Shown here: positions 27,456 through 40,104 of the stretch, in pieces
How positions within the stretch are numbered: position 1 is the stretch's first letter
Layout: every line of letters begins with the position of its first letter
Source: Octopus sinensis
Lineage: Eukaryota
Assembly: GCF_006345805.1 (NCBI RefSeq)
Contig: NC_042998.1
Span: 36,828,001 to 36,892,000 of the forward strand
Direction: 5' to 3'
DNA length: 64,000 nucleotides
The notes under the pieces: model-generated
Databases searched by the model: none
The model's input: the letters and a program-made list of their open reading frames with translations, nothing else
What the model was told of the DNA's origin: nothing
Made by a program: the position numbers and the translations under genes

Positions 27456-28192
27456 GTCAAAATTTGAAACCAACGATTTTATATCTAGTTATGCTGTTTG
27501 AGTAGGCATGGTCGGCAAAGAATACCCAAAACGAATCGAGTTGTTCTCGGGCTCTTTCTATAAATTCACTTTTGAAATCAAACCATTCAATTCCGAATAA
27601 GGTCATAAATTGAAGCTCAGACGGACAAGAATACACATGCATACGACTAAAATATTTGTTCTCTCTATGTATGTTCATTTAACTGGTTCTATTAATTACA
27701 GACTGCAATTAAGGTTTAATATATTTTTAGTATTACACATCTTACATCTTGTAATAATTATCAAAGAAAATATAAACTCTGAAGCAGTTCTCTCCCCTTA
27801 AAGGGATCTTCACCCTCTACTTTCTCTTTGTCTCTCTCTGTCTCTCTCTGTCTCCCTCTCTTGCTCCGGAAGCAACTGTAGGTGGCAGCATCAACTATCC
27901 CCATTCAAAATAGTCCACATCCTATATCGCGTTGTGCTTTCCGTATAACGGAAATCAGGTACTGGTATGCTACCGTATATTGCATTCAATCTTCTGTTAT
28001 CTCGTGTAAGTCATTTCAGTTCTGGGTTTCTGAAGGATACTAAACAAACGCCCGCCCAAATAAATTAAAACAACTGCGCTTGAACACCCCACCCTTTACA
28101 CATGCAAAGCAATTATGCATCATTTAGGCCGGTTCGTGAAACAGTATGCAATATAAATACATGCGCATATACAATATATATATATATATATG

Positions 28193-28269
<77 letters not shown>

Positions 28270-28272
<3 letters not shown>

Positions 28273-28540
28273 CAAATTAACTTAAATGTTGAAGTGAATC
28301 GAACGGCTTTTGTGTGTTTCTTAAATGGCTTATAAACACCTTCCACGCTGCAATTGTATATATATATATATGAAAGACTTCACCAGGTGGTGCTATTAAG
28401 TTAGACATGGCCTGGGCCAATAATGGCCGAAACCTATCAAAGTATCAAGTATCAAAGTATCAAAGTATATATATACTATATATATATATTATATATATAT
28501 ATATATATATATCTATATATATATATTATATATATATATA

Positions 28541-28575
<35 letters not shown>

Positions 28576-28760
28576 CAAATTAACTTAAATGTTGAAGTGA
28601 ATCGAACGGCTTTTGTGTGTTTCTTAAATGGCTTATAAACACCTTCCACGCTGCAATTGTATATATATATATATGAAAGACTTCACCAGGTGGTGCTATT
28701 AAGTTAGACATGGCCGGGCCAATAATGGCCGAACCTATCAAAGTATCAAGTATCAAAGTA
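28270..28760. repeat. Near-identical direct duplication (~195 bp, period 303) separated by (TA)n; each copy contains a LINE 3' tail
   Basis: 28270-28467 vs 28573-28760 differ mainly by small indels; the tail CCAGGTGGTGCTATTAAGTTAGACATGGCC matches the 51867-52420 LINE. Confidence 0.9.
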
Positions 28761-28769
28761 TATATATAC

Positions 28770-28805
<36 letters not shown>

Positions 28806-28878
28806 GTATGTAGGTCCCGGGTTGATTCGGGGTTAACCACAGTAAATAAGGTACTCAATACATAGCAGAGTAAAATTA

Positions 28879-28983
28879 ATTTATTATATAGAAGGAGCTT
28901 CTACAGGACTAGAACTGTTTCATTCAAGAGAAGATTTCTCTTGAATGAAACAGTTCTAGTCCTGTAGAAGCTCCTTCTATATA

Positions 28984-28989
<6 letters not shown>
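28879..28989. repeat. Perfect palindrome, 54-bp arms, 3-nt loop
   Basis: 28879-28932 is the exact reverse complement of 28936-28989; loop GAT. Confidence 0.95.
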
Positions 28990-29037
<48 letters not shown>

Positions 29038-29317
29038 TTATATATGTGTGTGTATGTATATATTAATTCACAATCAAGGTGCAGAAATGATGGCGTAATC
29101 CGAATGAATAAGGTAATGTAATCCGATGATAGAAAGCATTCCACGAATTATGTACTCCAAAGCAAGTCGGATATATGGGGTCCGTGTTAGCGTGCCGTAA
29201 ATTGTTAATTTCCCCACACACCAAGAAAACGAATAAAAACACACAGCAAGAAAAAAAAAAACAACGATTTATTTTGTCCACCGTCTTCCTTTCCTCTTGG
29301 ACTTTCTTCTGTCTCCT

Positions 29318-29352
29318 GTTTCTGAAGAAGAACTTTACTCGAAACGTGAAAC
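29318..29352 (+). ncRNA. Degenerate hammerhead-like motif (extra-A family; G at the cleavage position)
   Basis: GTTT-CTGAAGA-A-GAA CTTTA CTC-GAAAC-GTG-AAAC. Confidence 0.45.
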
Positions 29353-29431
29353 AAGTTTTCTGTTCTTCCCCGGGCGTCTGTTAATACTTTGCCTATTTTT
29401 CTTGTGTTTTATCCTTCGCGTTATTATGGAT

Positions 29432-29464
<33 letters not shown>

Positions 29465-29737
29465 GATGCAGCACGGATTTTTGTCAGTGAACAAGTCGCG
29501 GTCTTAAAGCGACGAAAATATTTTGACAAATTAAACTTAAATGTTGAAGTTTATCGAACGGCTTTTGTGTGTTTCTTAAATGGCTTACAAACACCTTCCA
29601 CGCTGCAATTGTTTTCGTTTAAGCACACGATCTCAGCTCAAATCACTTGTTGTGCAAGTACATCTCCGTAATATATATGTATGTATATATGTGTATATAT
29701 ATATCTATATGTATGTGTGTATATATACATACATAAA

Positions 29738-29769
<32 letters not shown>

Positions 29770-29949
29770 AATATATAAATTAGACCTATATTTTTATTTT
29801 GGGAGAATGATGAAGTAATTTTTTTATAGTAGTCTCTTAAGATCTCTAAAATTACTTAGTTTCCATGATTAATACAACATTATATACTCATATTTATATA
29901 CACATTATATACACATATTTATGTATACATATTTATCCGCTGAAAACAG

Positions 29950-30238
29950 ATGAGTGACAACCTGGCCACTGGTGGTGGTGTAACACACCGAACTAATCAT
30001 ATCTGTCGGGCATGTGGAAGAGAGTGTAATTCGGCAGGAGGACTTAAACGACATGCAAAGGTACATGAAGCCCAGTTACAACTACTGCCGGCTATTACCA
30101 GTAAAGGTTTTAGTTGCCAATTTTGTACAAGATATTGTAGATCTTTAGCTGGGCTAAAAAGTCACATTCGATCACAGCACCAGTAATAGTTAAGCTTCGT
30201 GCAATGGCCATACTCGATAACGAGGGGGCAGCCATAAT
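29950..30238 (+). mobile_element. 5'-truncated RTE-type LINE 3' end with two C2H2-like knuckles
   Basis: HICRACGRECNSAGGLKRHAKVH and FSCQFCTRYCRSLAGLKSHIRSQH*; 3' UTR shared with 16670-16798. Confidence 0.8.
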
Positions 30239-30770
30239 ATGTGATGGTATTTTAATAATCCCATACCTATAATTATTTATAAATAATTTAACTCATTTCG
30301 TTTATTTCCATAGCGCTTGACCAACTATTGCAGGCATGGTCGAGGATAATTTTAGTTGTAAAAGCTGGCAGACTATTGGCTGATAACAAATCAGGCGCCT
30401 ATTTGGCGTTAAATTTCGAAACCGGTACCAAGCTGACCTGAATTACTTGTTCTGACGTTATTATTCTAAGACGTTATTATTGTTCACTGAAATTTTTTAC
30501 CCACCATGTCTGTAGTAGATTTGGGACTATTCGGTGGCATAGATGTATTTTTGACTTCTATTTTTAGCAATGTAGGTGCTCATGTAATGCCCTTGTGTAT
30601 ACACGTACATATCTAATATTGTTTGTATATATTTTATTAATTTGCCTGTACGGCTGATAATTCGCTTGTCACTCGTGACGGTATTTTAATAATACCATCT
30701 CTATATGAAGTCAGGACACCATGATAGATCCTTAGCTCCTATTTTTTTCTCTCCTTGTTTTTTCTGTGTA

Positions 30771-30808
30771 TCTTTCTGTCGAAGAACGTAGGCTCGAAAC
30801 GTAAAAGA
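30771..30808 (+). ncRNA. Degenerate hammerhead-like motif (same family as 20976)
   Basis: TCTTT-CTGTCGAA-GAAC GTAG GCTC-GAAAC-GTA-AAAGA. Confidence 0.4.
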
Positions 30809-31917
30809 CTGTTTCTATTTCTATTCCTGAGCGCTATACTAATACATTTGGTTGTTTGTACTCCACCTGCCTTCGTCTTTTGTTTATCTTCGTAAACTTT
30901 CCCTTATATATATATATGTGTGTGTGTGTGTTTGTGTCTGTGTTTAATCCGCTCTATCGCTTGACAGCTAGTATCTATGTGTTTACTTCCCCGTAACTTA
31001 GCCTTTCGGCAAAAAAAGGATCGATTGAATAAGTAGGAAGCTTAAGAATTACAAGTACTGGAGTCAATTCATTCGACTAAATTCATTCGACTAGCATGGC
31101 CGCAGTCTGACGACTGAAACAAGCGTTAGCGGAAAATAAACGCATGAGCGGTTGGTTCATTCTATCTGTATTCATTACGTTGAACTTTGTATGGCCCCGT
31201 GGTTACCGTTGTAGGCACTATTATTGATCAGCGCTTCTTTAGCTTGCATAACTGACAACTGTTTTCCCTTGAATACAACGAGGTTCTTGATAAAATAATA
31301 ACGTAGGCGTATCTTTATCTCCTTTTACTTTAACTTCAATTCGGTCCCCAAGATAAATTAGTGCAATTTTCTAATCAATCCATTTCAAACAAGTAACATG
31401 TTCCAGGTCTAATCTAACATAAAAAATATATAAATGCTGGTTAAAAGTTATTCATGATGCTTTTAATTTTGTTTTTTCTTGCTACCTTTCCCTTGTCTCA
31501 GATCAAATATGAATCATTCAAATATTTATATATTTTTTGTGTATTTTTAATATTCGCTGTCGTTTTATTATTGTATCACTGATGGGTATACATTAAATGC
31601 CGATTTATTCACAACGCCGTAAACAGATCGCCAGGTTGTCACATTTAATGAGAAAATATGAATCTATAGAAACATATTTATGGGCAAACATGCGGCGTAT
31701 TATTTCTCATAATTATGTTGCCGTTATTAATGCACACGCATACTTTTCTAGTGTTCTCATAAAATTAGACCCAAACACACAGACACACACACACACGTGC
31801 GCGCGCGTACATATATTTCTACATTTGCATAAAATATAAATAGGTACTGAAATAAATACATGTGTATATACATACATATATATCTATCTACCTATCAATC
31901 TCTCTCTCTCTCTCTCC

Positions 31918-31956
<39 letters not shown>

Positions 31957-31992
31957 CATATGTGTGTATGTGTGTGCGTGTGTGCGTGGGTG

Positions 31993-32016
<24 letters not shown>

Positions 32017-32023
<7 letters not shown>

Positions 32024-33068
32024 AAATCGTTATTTGCCACCGTGTACAAAATATGGATCGATTATTCGGATTTTTATTGTTAAATGTCTAGACAGGATCA
32101 CATGCAACATATGCTAATCGCCTTATTTTTTTGTAAGAGAGAATAATTTCTCCCTTTTGCGAGACAAAGTGTTCGACTCACTGACTCACTGAAGCGTGAT
32201 ATTTTGGGAACCGGTGTCTCTGCCCTGCCAAAAGTATCTTGACCTTTGAACCTAGACACACACCCTGGTTTTCTTTATAGTTACAGAGAACAAATTGTTT
32301 GCTGATCGGTTCCTATATCTAAAAGTATTTCTCCTCTCACATAATCCACTCCGAACGGCATGTTTTGCATCTCGGCATGCCTAGTCGTCTTCGGAATAAA
32401 TATGAGTCTAAGAGTATTTAAAATTTTTATGTATGTATATACATATGTAAACATACATGTACATTCATATGCGGAAATAAGTAAGTATATATACATTTAT
32501 AAATAAATAAATAAATAAATAAATAAATGTGTGTGGTGTGTGTGTGTGTATGTGAAATCGTTATTTGCCACCGTGTACAAAATATGGATCGATTATTCGG
32601 ATTTTTATTGTTAAATGTCTAGACAGGATCACATGCAACATATGCTAATCGCCTTATTTTTTTATAAGAGGAGAATAATTTCTCCCTTTTGCGAGACAAA
32701 GTGTTCGACTCACTTGACTCACTGAAGCGTGATATTTTGGGAACCCGGTGTCTCTGCCCTGCCAAAAGTATCTTGACCTTTGAACCTAGACACACACCCT
32801 GGTTTTCTTTATAGTTACAGAGAACAAATTGTTTGCTGATCGGTTCCTATATCTAAAAGTATTTCTCCTCTCACATAATCCACCTCCGAACGGCATGTTT
32901 TGCATCTCGGCATGCCTAGTCGTCTTCGGAATAAATATGAGTCTAAGAGTATTTAAAATTTTATGTATGTATATACATATGTAAACATACATGTACATTC
33001 ATATGCGGAAATAAGTAAGTATATATACATTTATAAATAAATAATAAATAAATAAATAAATAAATAAA

Positions 33069-33078
<10 letters not shown>
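32017..33078. repeat. Near-identical tandem duplication, period 531 bp
   Basis: 32017-32547 vs 32548-33078 differ mostly by single-base indels; junction lies in (GT)n. Confidence 0.95.
32786..32942 (-). CDS. Candidate coding exon B of an unidentified gene (GLIFIPKTTRHAEMQNMPFGGGLCERRNTFRYRNRSANNLFSVTIKKTRVCV*)
   Basis: Acceptor ACTCTTAG; open in exactly the frame required by exon A; ends at a stop or at a possible AGG|GTGTGT donor at 32798. Confidence 0.35.
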
Positions 33079-33100
<22 letters not shown>

Positions 33101-33152
33101 TGTGTGTGGTTGTCTACTCTTTATGCAGAGTTTGACGGCCTCTTGTAATTAC

Positions 33153-33366
33153 CCCTTAGATCTAGCATGGTGTCTGATGTAGCTTTCGAAATCAGACACC
33201 CACATAAATTGCATCTCTGCTTTGGACAACCAAGAGCTGCAGTTAAGTTCTGACACTTGTGGATCGTAAAATGAGCCTTCTGTTAGATTTGCAGACCTTA
33301 TGGCTTCCATGGCATTGACAAGTTTGCATGGGCAGATTATTCGGTAGAGGTTCGTTTGCCATGGAT
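33153..33366 (-). CDS. Candidate coding exon A of an unidentified gene (PWQTNLYRIICPCKLVNAMEAIRS...FMWVSDFESYIRHHARSK)
   Basis: 214 nt, acceptor CATTTGTAG, donor GG|GTAATT, 70 stop-free codons of non-repetitive sequence. Confidence 0.45.
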
Positions 33367-33610
33367 CTACAAATGAGATTTCAGCCCAGTAAAAGAATTA
33401 TCATATATAAATGCATATTTCATTCGATTAAGTGCTCACACACGGCTCTTGCTGGAAATATTCAAATATATAGTAATTATAGAGGATAATATTGTATAAT
33501 GATATACGAAACAAATGCTGTGGTCTACTATTAAAGCTTCGAATCATCCATCTTTGTTATATTATTCATATATATGCTCACATGGATGCATATAAGTATG
33601 TATGTATAGG

Positions 33611-33670
<60 letters not shown>

Positions 33671-33755
33671 CAGACAGAGGAAAGAAAACCGACAGACAGA
33701 CAGAGAGACAGATAGATAGGTAAATAAATAGATAGATAGATAGATAGATAGATAT

Positions 33756-33910
33756 GTTTCTTTATTAGCCACACAGGGCTGCACACAGATAGAACAAATT
33801 ACGGTAGAGCTTTTCTTTTGAAGGTTTTTAAAAAAAAAAAAAAAAAAAAGGAAGGGGGAGTTTCGATCAAAAGGGATCGTAAAAGGAGAGAAAGAGGACA
33901 AAAAAAGGGG

Positions 33911-33945
<35 letters not shown>

Positions 33946-34545
33946 GGAGAGGAAAAAAAAATGATCAATAGGGATCGTTATCACAGAAATGTCAATATGA
34001 AGTGTAAAGGGAGGACAGGTGAGGTTTACCCGTGGAAGAAAAGCCTACGGAAAAGACCACGGTAACCTCGGTCAATGAAGTCACATTTTATATTTCTTTT
34101 TTTTTTTTTTTTTTTTTTTTGCAAATAAGCAACTCTCTGTTTTCGATTTCTGGGTTCATAGGACTATGCTCAAGGTGTGGCTTCGTCATTCATACGTGCC
34201 ATTCTTGCTACATTCACCCATCTTTTTTTAAAACATTCGCTAGACAAAACTTGCCTCTCTACTCTCACTTTCCTTTTCAAGTGGTACTTGAAGAAGTTGA
34301 TGAGAGATTGACCAGAGGGAAAGTGTTTGTCTCCAATCCTTTCAGACGCGTCCACCAGATACATTCTTTCGCCATAGCCACAAGGATGATGAAAATAGCT
34401 CTTCCTTCCCGTTTGAAGGAAGGGGGCGTGACAATATTGACGATAGACTCAGCTGATAAACCGACTCGTCCCACACGTGACAGCAGTTGTTCGACATAAG
34501 CCCACAGGTCGGAAATTGTTGGACACTGAACGAGTGCGTGCAGAA
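33756..34545 (-). mobile_element. 5'-truncated L1/Tx1-type retrotransposon 3' end inside (GATA)n
   Basis: HALVQCPTISDLWAYVEQLL (tail of the CCHC knuckle), ..FFKYHLKRKVRVER..KRWVNVARM; AATAAA then (TATC)n; (GATA)n on both flanks. Confidence 0.75.
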
Positions 34546-34588
34546 GATAGATAGATAGATAGATAGGAAGACAGACAGACAGACAGAC

Positions 34589-34663
<75 letters not shown>

Positions 34664-35398
34664 CAGGCAGACATATGGACAGACAGACATTTGAACTCAC
34701 ACAAATAACATGCATAACTTACGAGGCCCAGAGGACACAAGCTAACAGAATAAACATTACATGGACTCAAAGAAGGGGAAGATCGTTGAAATCTAAATCA
34801 GAGGGAACAAATAATGAATTGTGCATTGAATCTTCATGCATCAAAGAATGAAATGCTTCGAGTGACACCCTTTATGAAGGACAAGAAAATGAATTGTTGT
34901 TGAAAAGAAAATTCTGAGGAAAGAGGAAGTGTATAATTGCGCGTTTCTCGAAGTGGCATGTCTCAGAAAGAAATCTCAGTCTGTAACGTTATATCACATG
35001 ACGCATCCCAGAGCTTCTCGTTACGAAAAAAAAAATGCCTCGTCTTCCACAGCGTTTGCTCTGCTTCTTCCGGTATAAATACTGTACTGGTGTTAATTAT
35101 CTTTGTACCACGCTGTCTTCATCTCCACTTATGGCAATATACCGCACCTTTTGGCAAACAACCATTATCATAGCGAGGGGTGGGCGGTCCACCCGGGCAG
35201 TACTTTTAAAAGGTGGAACTTTCGGGTCTCTTGTAGGTAATATTTGCTTATTGTGAAATCCGAGGGTGGCAAAAGAAATGCATATCCATACATACAAACA
35301 TGGTACACAGTTGCAAAACACACACTCACACACACATTCATAGAAAATACACAAACACGGACATGCAAGCACATGAATATGCAGAATACATCTTAAAG

Positions 35399-35718
35399 AC
35401 TCCGCCGGTTACGACGACGAGGGTCCCAGCTGATACGATCAACGGAACAGCTTGCTCGTGAAATTAACGTGCAAATGGCTGAGCATTCCACAGACACGTG
35501 TACCCTTAACGTAGTTCTCGGGGATAATCAGCGTGACACAGAGAGTGACAAGGCTGACCCTTTGAAATACAAGTACAACTCATTTTTGCCAGCTGAGTGG
35601 ACTGGAGCAACGTGAAATAAAGTGTCTTGCTCAAGGACACAACGCGTCGCCGGGAATCGAACTCACAACCTTACGATCATGAGCCGAATGCCCTAACCAC
35701 TAAGCCACGCGCCCTCAC
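35399..35718 (-). mobile_element. Young, near-intact tRNA-derived SINE
   Basis: Minus strand A-box TGGCTTAGTGG, B-box GTTCGATTCC, then TTGTGTCCTTGAGCAAGACACTT core. Confidence 0.9.
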
Positions 35719-35993
35719 TGCAGAATACATACATACACATGCACACACATACATACATATATACATATGCATACACACACACCCATATATACATATTCAG
35801 ACATGCATGCATAGGGACACACACACACACTGACCCACACACATCCGCTCAATAAACAAAAAAGCACGCAGTGTAAATAACAGACTGCAAGACCCAGCGA
35901 AAATTTTAGGAAAATAAAAATAAGTGGAAATTTTACCGGTGAGAATGTTAAATTATAAGCCACTAAAAGAAAATGACTCTCCCCAGTCACAAC

Positions 35994-36027
<34 letters not shown>

Positions 36028-36072
36028 ATAAAAAGTAATAGTCAAAAGGAAATGTAAGTATGGTAAGTATGG

Positions 36073-36352
36073 TTACGCAGCTTTTTACACAATTCATCTG
36101 CAGTTCATCAGTGGGGTCCGTCATATAAAGATATAATTTGTCGAACTCCACGCCAGATATTGACACGAGGTCAAAAATACGTGTAGTCCGCTGGAACGAG
36201 GACGTTTGAATATAACCGTGGATGTAATAGGCCGAACTACACGTATTTTTGACCTCGTGTCAATATCTGGCGTGGAGTTCGACAAATTATATCTTTATAT
36301 GACGGACCTTAATGACGAACTGCAGATGAATTGTGTAAGTAAAATTGCATAA
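36073..36352. repeat. MITE-like fold-back, ~100-bp near-perfect inverted arms, ~48-bp spacer
   Basis: ~36085-36187 vs ~36236-36338 are reverse complements. Confidence 0.8.
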
Positions 36353-36659
36353 TTTATTAACAGTGAAACAATTGTATGGGGTTAATCTGTATTTTTGTTA
36401 TTTTTCATTTGTCCTGCTCGCTTACGTTCATGGTGTGCTAAATTTTTCTGGAAAACAATTCTTAGTGGTTGAGACTCATGCGGATCTCTTTTTAGCGTAA
36501 GGGCGTCTACATAGTGGATACTCTCTCATACTTATGTATTAATAATATTTACTGAATCTCAGTTTTTATGCGCTAAACCACTGGTGTTAAATTGATGTTA
36601 TTAAATTAATATCCAATTTTTTCACCCTCATTTTTACTTTAATTTTAAATATATATATA

Positions 36660-36714
<55 letters not shown>

Positions 36715-37288
36715 ATATATATATACATATATACGAAGGGCTTCTTTCAGTTTCAGTCTACGAAATCCGCTCGCAGGGTTTTGGTGGGCCCGATGCTACA
36801 GTAGCAAGATATCACGCAGGGTGACAGAACCTGGAACCACGTGGTTGGCAAGCAAGCTTCCTAGCGAATACATGCTCCCGTTCATCGTTAATAATTGCTT
36901 TAATTATTCTATGCTTAAATTATTCTATTCTTGAGAATAGACATGGACACAAAGTTTCGAAAACAGACTTTAATAGAACTTGATATGAAAGTTAAAATTT
37001 GACGTTCTTATGTGATTCATTTTAAATTACTAGAAGCATATCACGACCAGTTTTATAGACGATGGTATCTAGCTTCAGAATCTGTTTCTACAATGTTTCA
37101 TGAGAAAATAAGTTCGTTGAAGTTCATTGTGTTGGAGATCTACAAATCGACTAGACATTTTTTTCTGTGGCTGTTCATATTCCAATCGCGAGTCCACGGG
37201 ATATAGTTTCACAGCGAAGATAAATGTTTCCTTTTTGGATTTGGTTTGCAAGATTCCTTAAATGAGTTCGTGTGTTGAAGTATATTAT

Positions 37289-37451
37289 GTTGTGTCTGGG
37301 GAGAGTCATTTTCTTTTTGTGCCTTATAAGAGTCAAAACTATTGAAAAGGTTGCAAGACGCAACGAAAATTTTAGGAAAATAAAAATAAGAAATATGTGG
37401 AAATTTTACATTATAAGGCACAAAAAGAAAATGACTCTCCCCAGACACAAC
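37289..37451. repeat. Perfect 41-bp inverted repeat around an 81-bp spacer
   Basis: 37289-37329 is the reverse complement of 37411-37451; a diverged single end occurs at ~35890-35995. Confidence 0.85.
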
Positions 37452-37481
37452 AGAAGAAGCACGTTGATTCTGCCTGTGCTT

Positions 37482-37533
<52 letters not shown>

Positions 37534-37580
37534 CTATCTACCTACCTACCTACCTCTGTATCATCTATCTGTCTATCTAC

Positions 37581-37680
<100 letters not shown>

Positions 37681-37759
37681 TTATCTAGTTAACTTTGCCT
37701 TTCATCTTTAAGGATCAAGAAAGATAAGAACTAGTTGGGCATTAGACAGACAATTTTGT

Positions 37760-38102
37760 GGAAGGGATTAATCGATTATATCGATCAACCTCTCCCCCCT
37801 CCCAAAATTTCTGTCTTTTGCCAATATTTAAATCAATATTAACTTGCTCTAGTTTTATGTTACTAGAACCTTCCCCGAATAATGAAAAACTTTCCAGCCG
37901 AATTCGGTATTATACTGCTGAAAAAAATTTCAGAAAGGTTTATAGCGGGGCCACAGCCCGCTACATGGGCAAGGACCAAAATTTTACCCCACTAGAACCT
38001 TCCACCAATAATGAAAATCCTTCATGCCAAATTTGGCTGTACGTAGAAGAAACATACACTCACACACAGACACAGACACACAGACACAGACACAGACACA
38101 CA

Positions 38103-38147
<45 letters not shown>

Positions 38148-38190
38148 CACACACACACACACACAGAATTGATTTTATAGAATCAGATTG
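37760..38190 (-). mobile_element. Possible non-autonomous Helitron/HINE-like element
   Basis: Terminal TCTATAAAATCAA followed by a (GT)/(GTGTCT)n tract, and an internal repeat ACTAGAACCTTCC..AATAATGAAAA. Confidence 0.3.
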
Positions 38191-38559
38191 TAAACCGTTA
38201 ATTTCCGTGCTCTCCAAATTCATTCAGCCTTAAGCTTCAACGTAATTTATATGACGTATTCTTTTAAACACAATTAACTATTTAGAAAATTTAAATATAT
38301 ATATGCCGTATACAGCAGTATAATATAGTTATTCTTTGAGAAATATAATAATCGCACACAAGAACGCTAATTTCTTGGTGATTTAGATGGGGGCGGTTAA
38401 ACGATGAAATTATTACGTACATGTACTAATTTTATCCCGGACGGATGAAGGACAATGCTGATCTCAGCTGGATTTCATAGAGCGAAGTTCAACATGCGAG
38501 CGTTCGTGATTCTTTCTGTGAGTATGTATATCATTGTTCAGTATATTTCAAGATATCTT

Positions 38560-38880
38560 GCCAATAAACAAGCGGTTTCTAGCCTAGATCCAAGGCTCCT
38601 TCATTGGAATTTCAACGTCAACAACTGGGTATCTTTTATGTATGTATGTATATATGTATGTATGAATGTATGTATGTATGTATGTATGTATGTATGTATG
38701 TATGTATGTATGTATGTATGTATGTATGTATGTGCAAATTTGTATGCTTTATGTAAGTACCCTCATGCATATAGTTACATGTCTAGACGTGCTCATATAT
38801 ATTTAAATGATAAACTTCTGCAAAGTTTTACAGATTACAACAGTTCCATTGATGGATTGGATCTGTAGTCTTCGAATCAG
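38560..38880 (+). repeat. Dispersed repeat; related copies at 43335-43615, partial at 43650-43700 and inverted at ~42410-42460
   Basis: Shared CCTAGATCCAAGGCTCC..TGGAATTTCAAC and GGATTGGATCTGTAGTCTTCG blocks. Confidence 0.6.
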
Positions 38881-40066
38881 CTTTCTCCTTTCTGGTTTTG
38901 AGAAGCCTACTTTCTCAAGATTGGTATTTAGGCAGTGTGTTACATATCCCAGGGCCCCAATTATTACAGGTACAAAACTGAACGTGTAATCTCAATGGAA
39001 TAACTGTAAATTTCAGCTTCGGGTATGACTTTGAACCTGTATCCAGTATAAAGGTACTCGTCCGGAATTTCGGAGGCTTTGTGGAGTGTTGAAGTAGCTA
39101 TGAGTCACTAATATTTACAGGTTTATTTTGCTTTAGCTCATATCTGGGTTCCAGCTATGAATTAACGATCATATGTGATAACATTCCTTCCGAGCACGGG
39201 GACGCAAAAATGAACTTGGTTGGGGGTCTGGGCGAGCAGTGAAATCACCGGGATTGTGGAACCCTTAGCCATTGTCACAGCATCCCTCTAGGTGCGTAAC
39301 GCACTGAAGTAAATCCTGCGACTTCCCGTGATTATTGTCATCTTCTTTAGGCCTTTCGCAAAGTTTTAATCAGGGTGACTCAGACAACGGCACTCGTTTT
39401 GTGCAAGCGTTTATCGATATAACCTAATGATGTGCAGATGTCGCTTGCTTGTTATGTCGCTTGTAATTCCATCTCCTAAAAGTCTTATGGAAGTGCACAG
39501 TAAGTTAGAAATTTTGTCTCTCAACTGTAAGAAATTTTGTCGCTCAACTCTATAAACCATGTAGGTTTAAAACTGAATACTTTATAACAGAATACTCAGA
39601 TGCGAGGTCATGGGTGAAAAGTCAGAAATGCCAATGACAACAAGAAGTCACAAGGAGACAGTAATCATTTTGGAAGACGGAACAATCACCACGTACACAT
39701 CTACCTATGTATATATATGTTTGTCTGAAAAAGTCACTCATATTTCCTGCCTTCATGTTTATATATGTATTCAGCAAGTGGATTCTCTGCGCGCTTTCCA
39801 GGGCAGTGACATTTTGGATGGTATTTTGTAGTTTTACCTGTGTAGTACTCTCAACCTTTAGATTTGTACGTATACTAAAATTGATTTAATATAAGCCGAC
39901 TAAATGGACAAAACCATTATATCAAAGGACCTCAAGGCACCTCTTCAGCAGTAACACGTGTGGAATGTAAAATATAGAAAATGTGTTTTAAGAAATAATA
40001 CAAAATTTTAAAAACATAACTCTCAGTTTTTTATTATTATGTTTCTCTCTCTATCCCTCCTCTCTC

Positions 40067-40104
<38 letters not shown>

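Noticed and set aside
29950-30186. 78-aa ORF with two C2H2-like motifs as a zinc-finger gene
   Set aside because: Its 3' part recurs at 16670-16798 with a TSD and the same UTR, so it is a LINE C-terminus
35035-35256. 73-aa ORF with A-rich ATG context and a possible donor
   Set aside because: No recognisable homology or linked exon
35630-35718. tRNA gene
   Set aside because: A and B boxes are present but continue into a SINE body; no proper cloverleaf acceptor stem
39040-39480. GC-richer island as a structured RNA or HDV-like ribozyme
   Set aside because: Could not build a consistent fold by eye; probably a repeat 5' region
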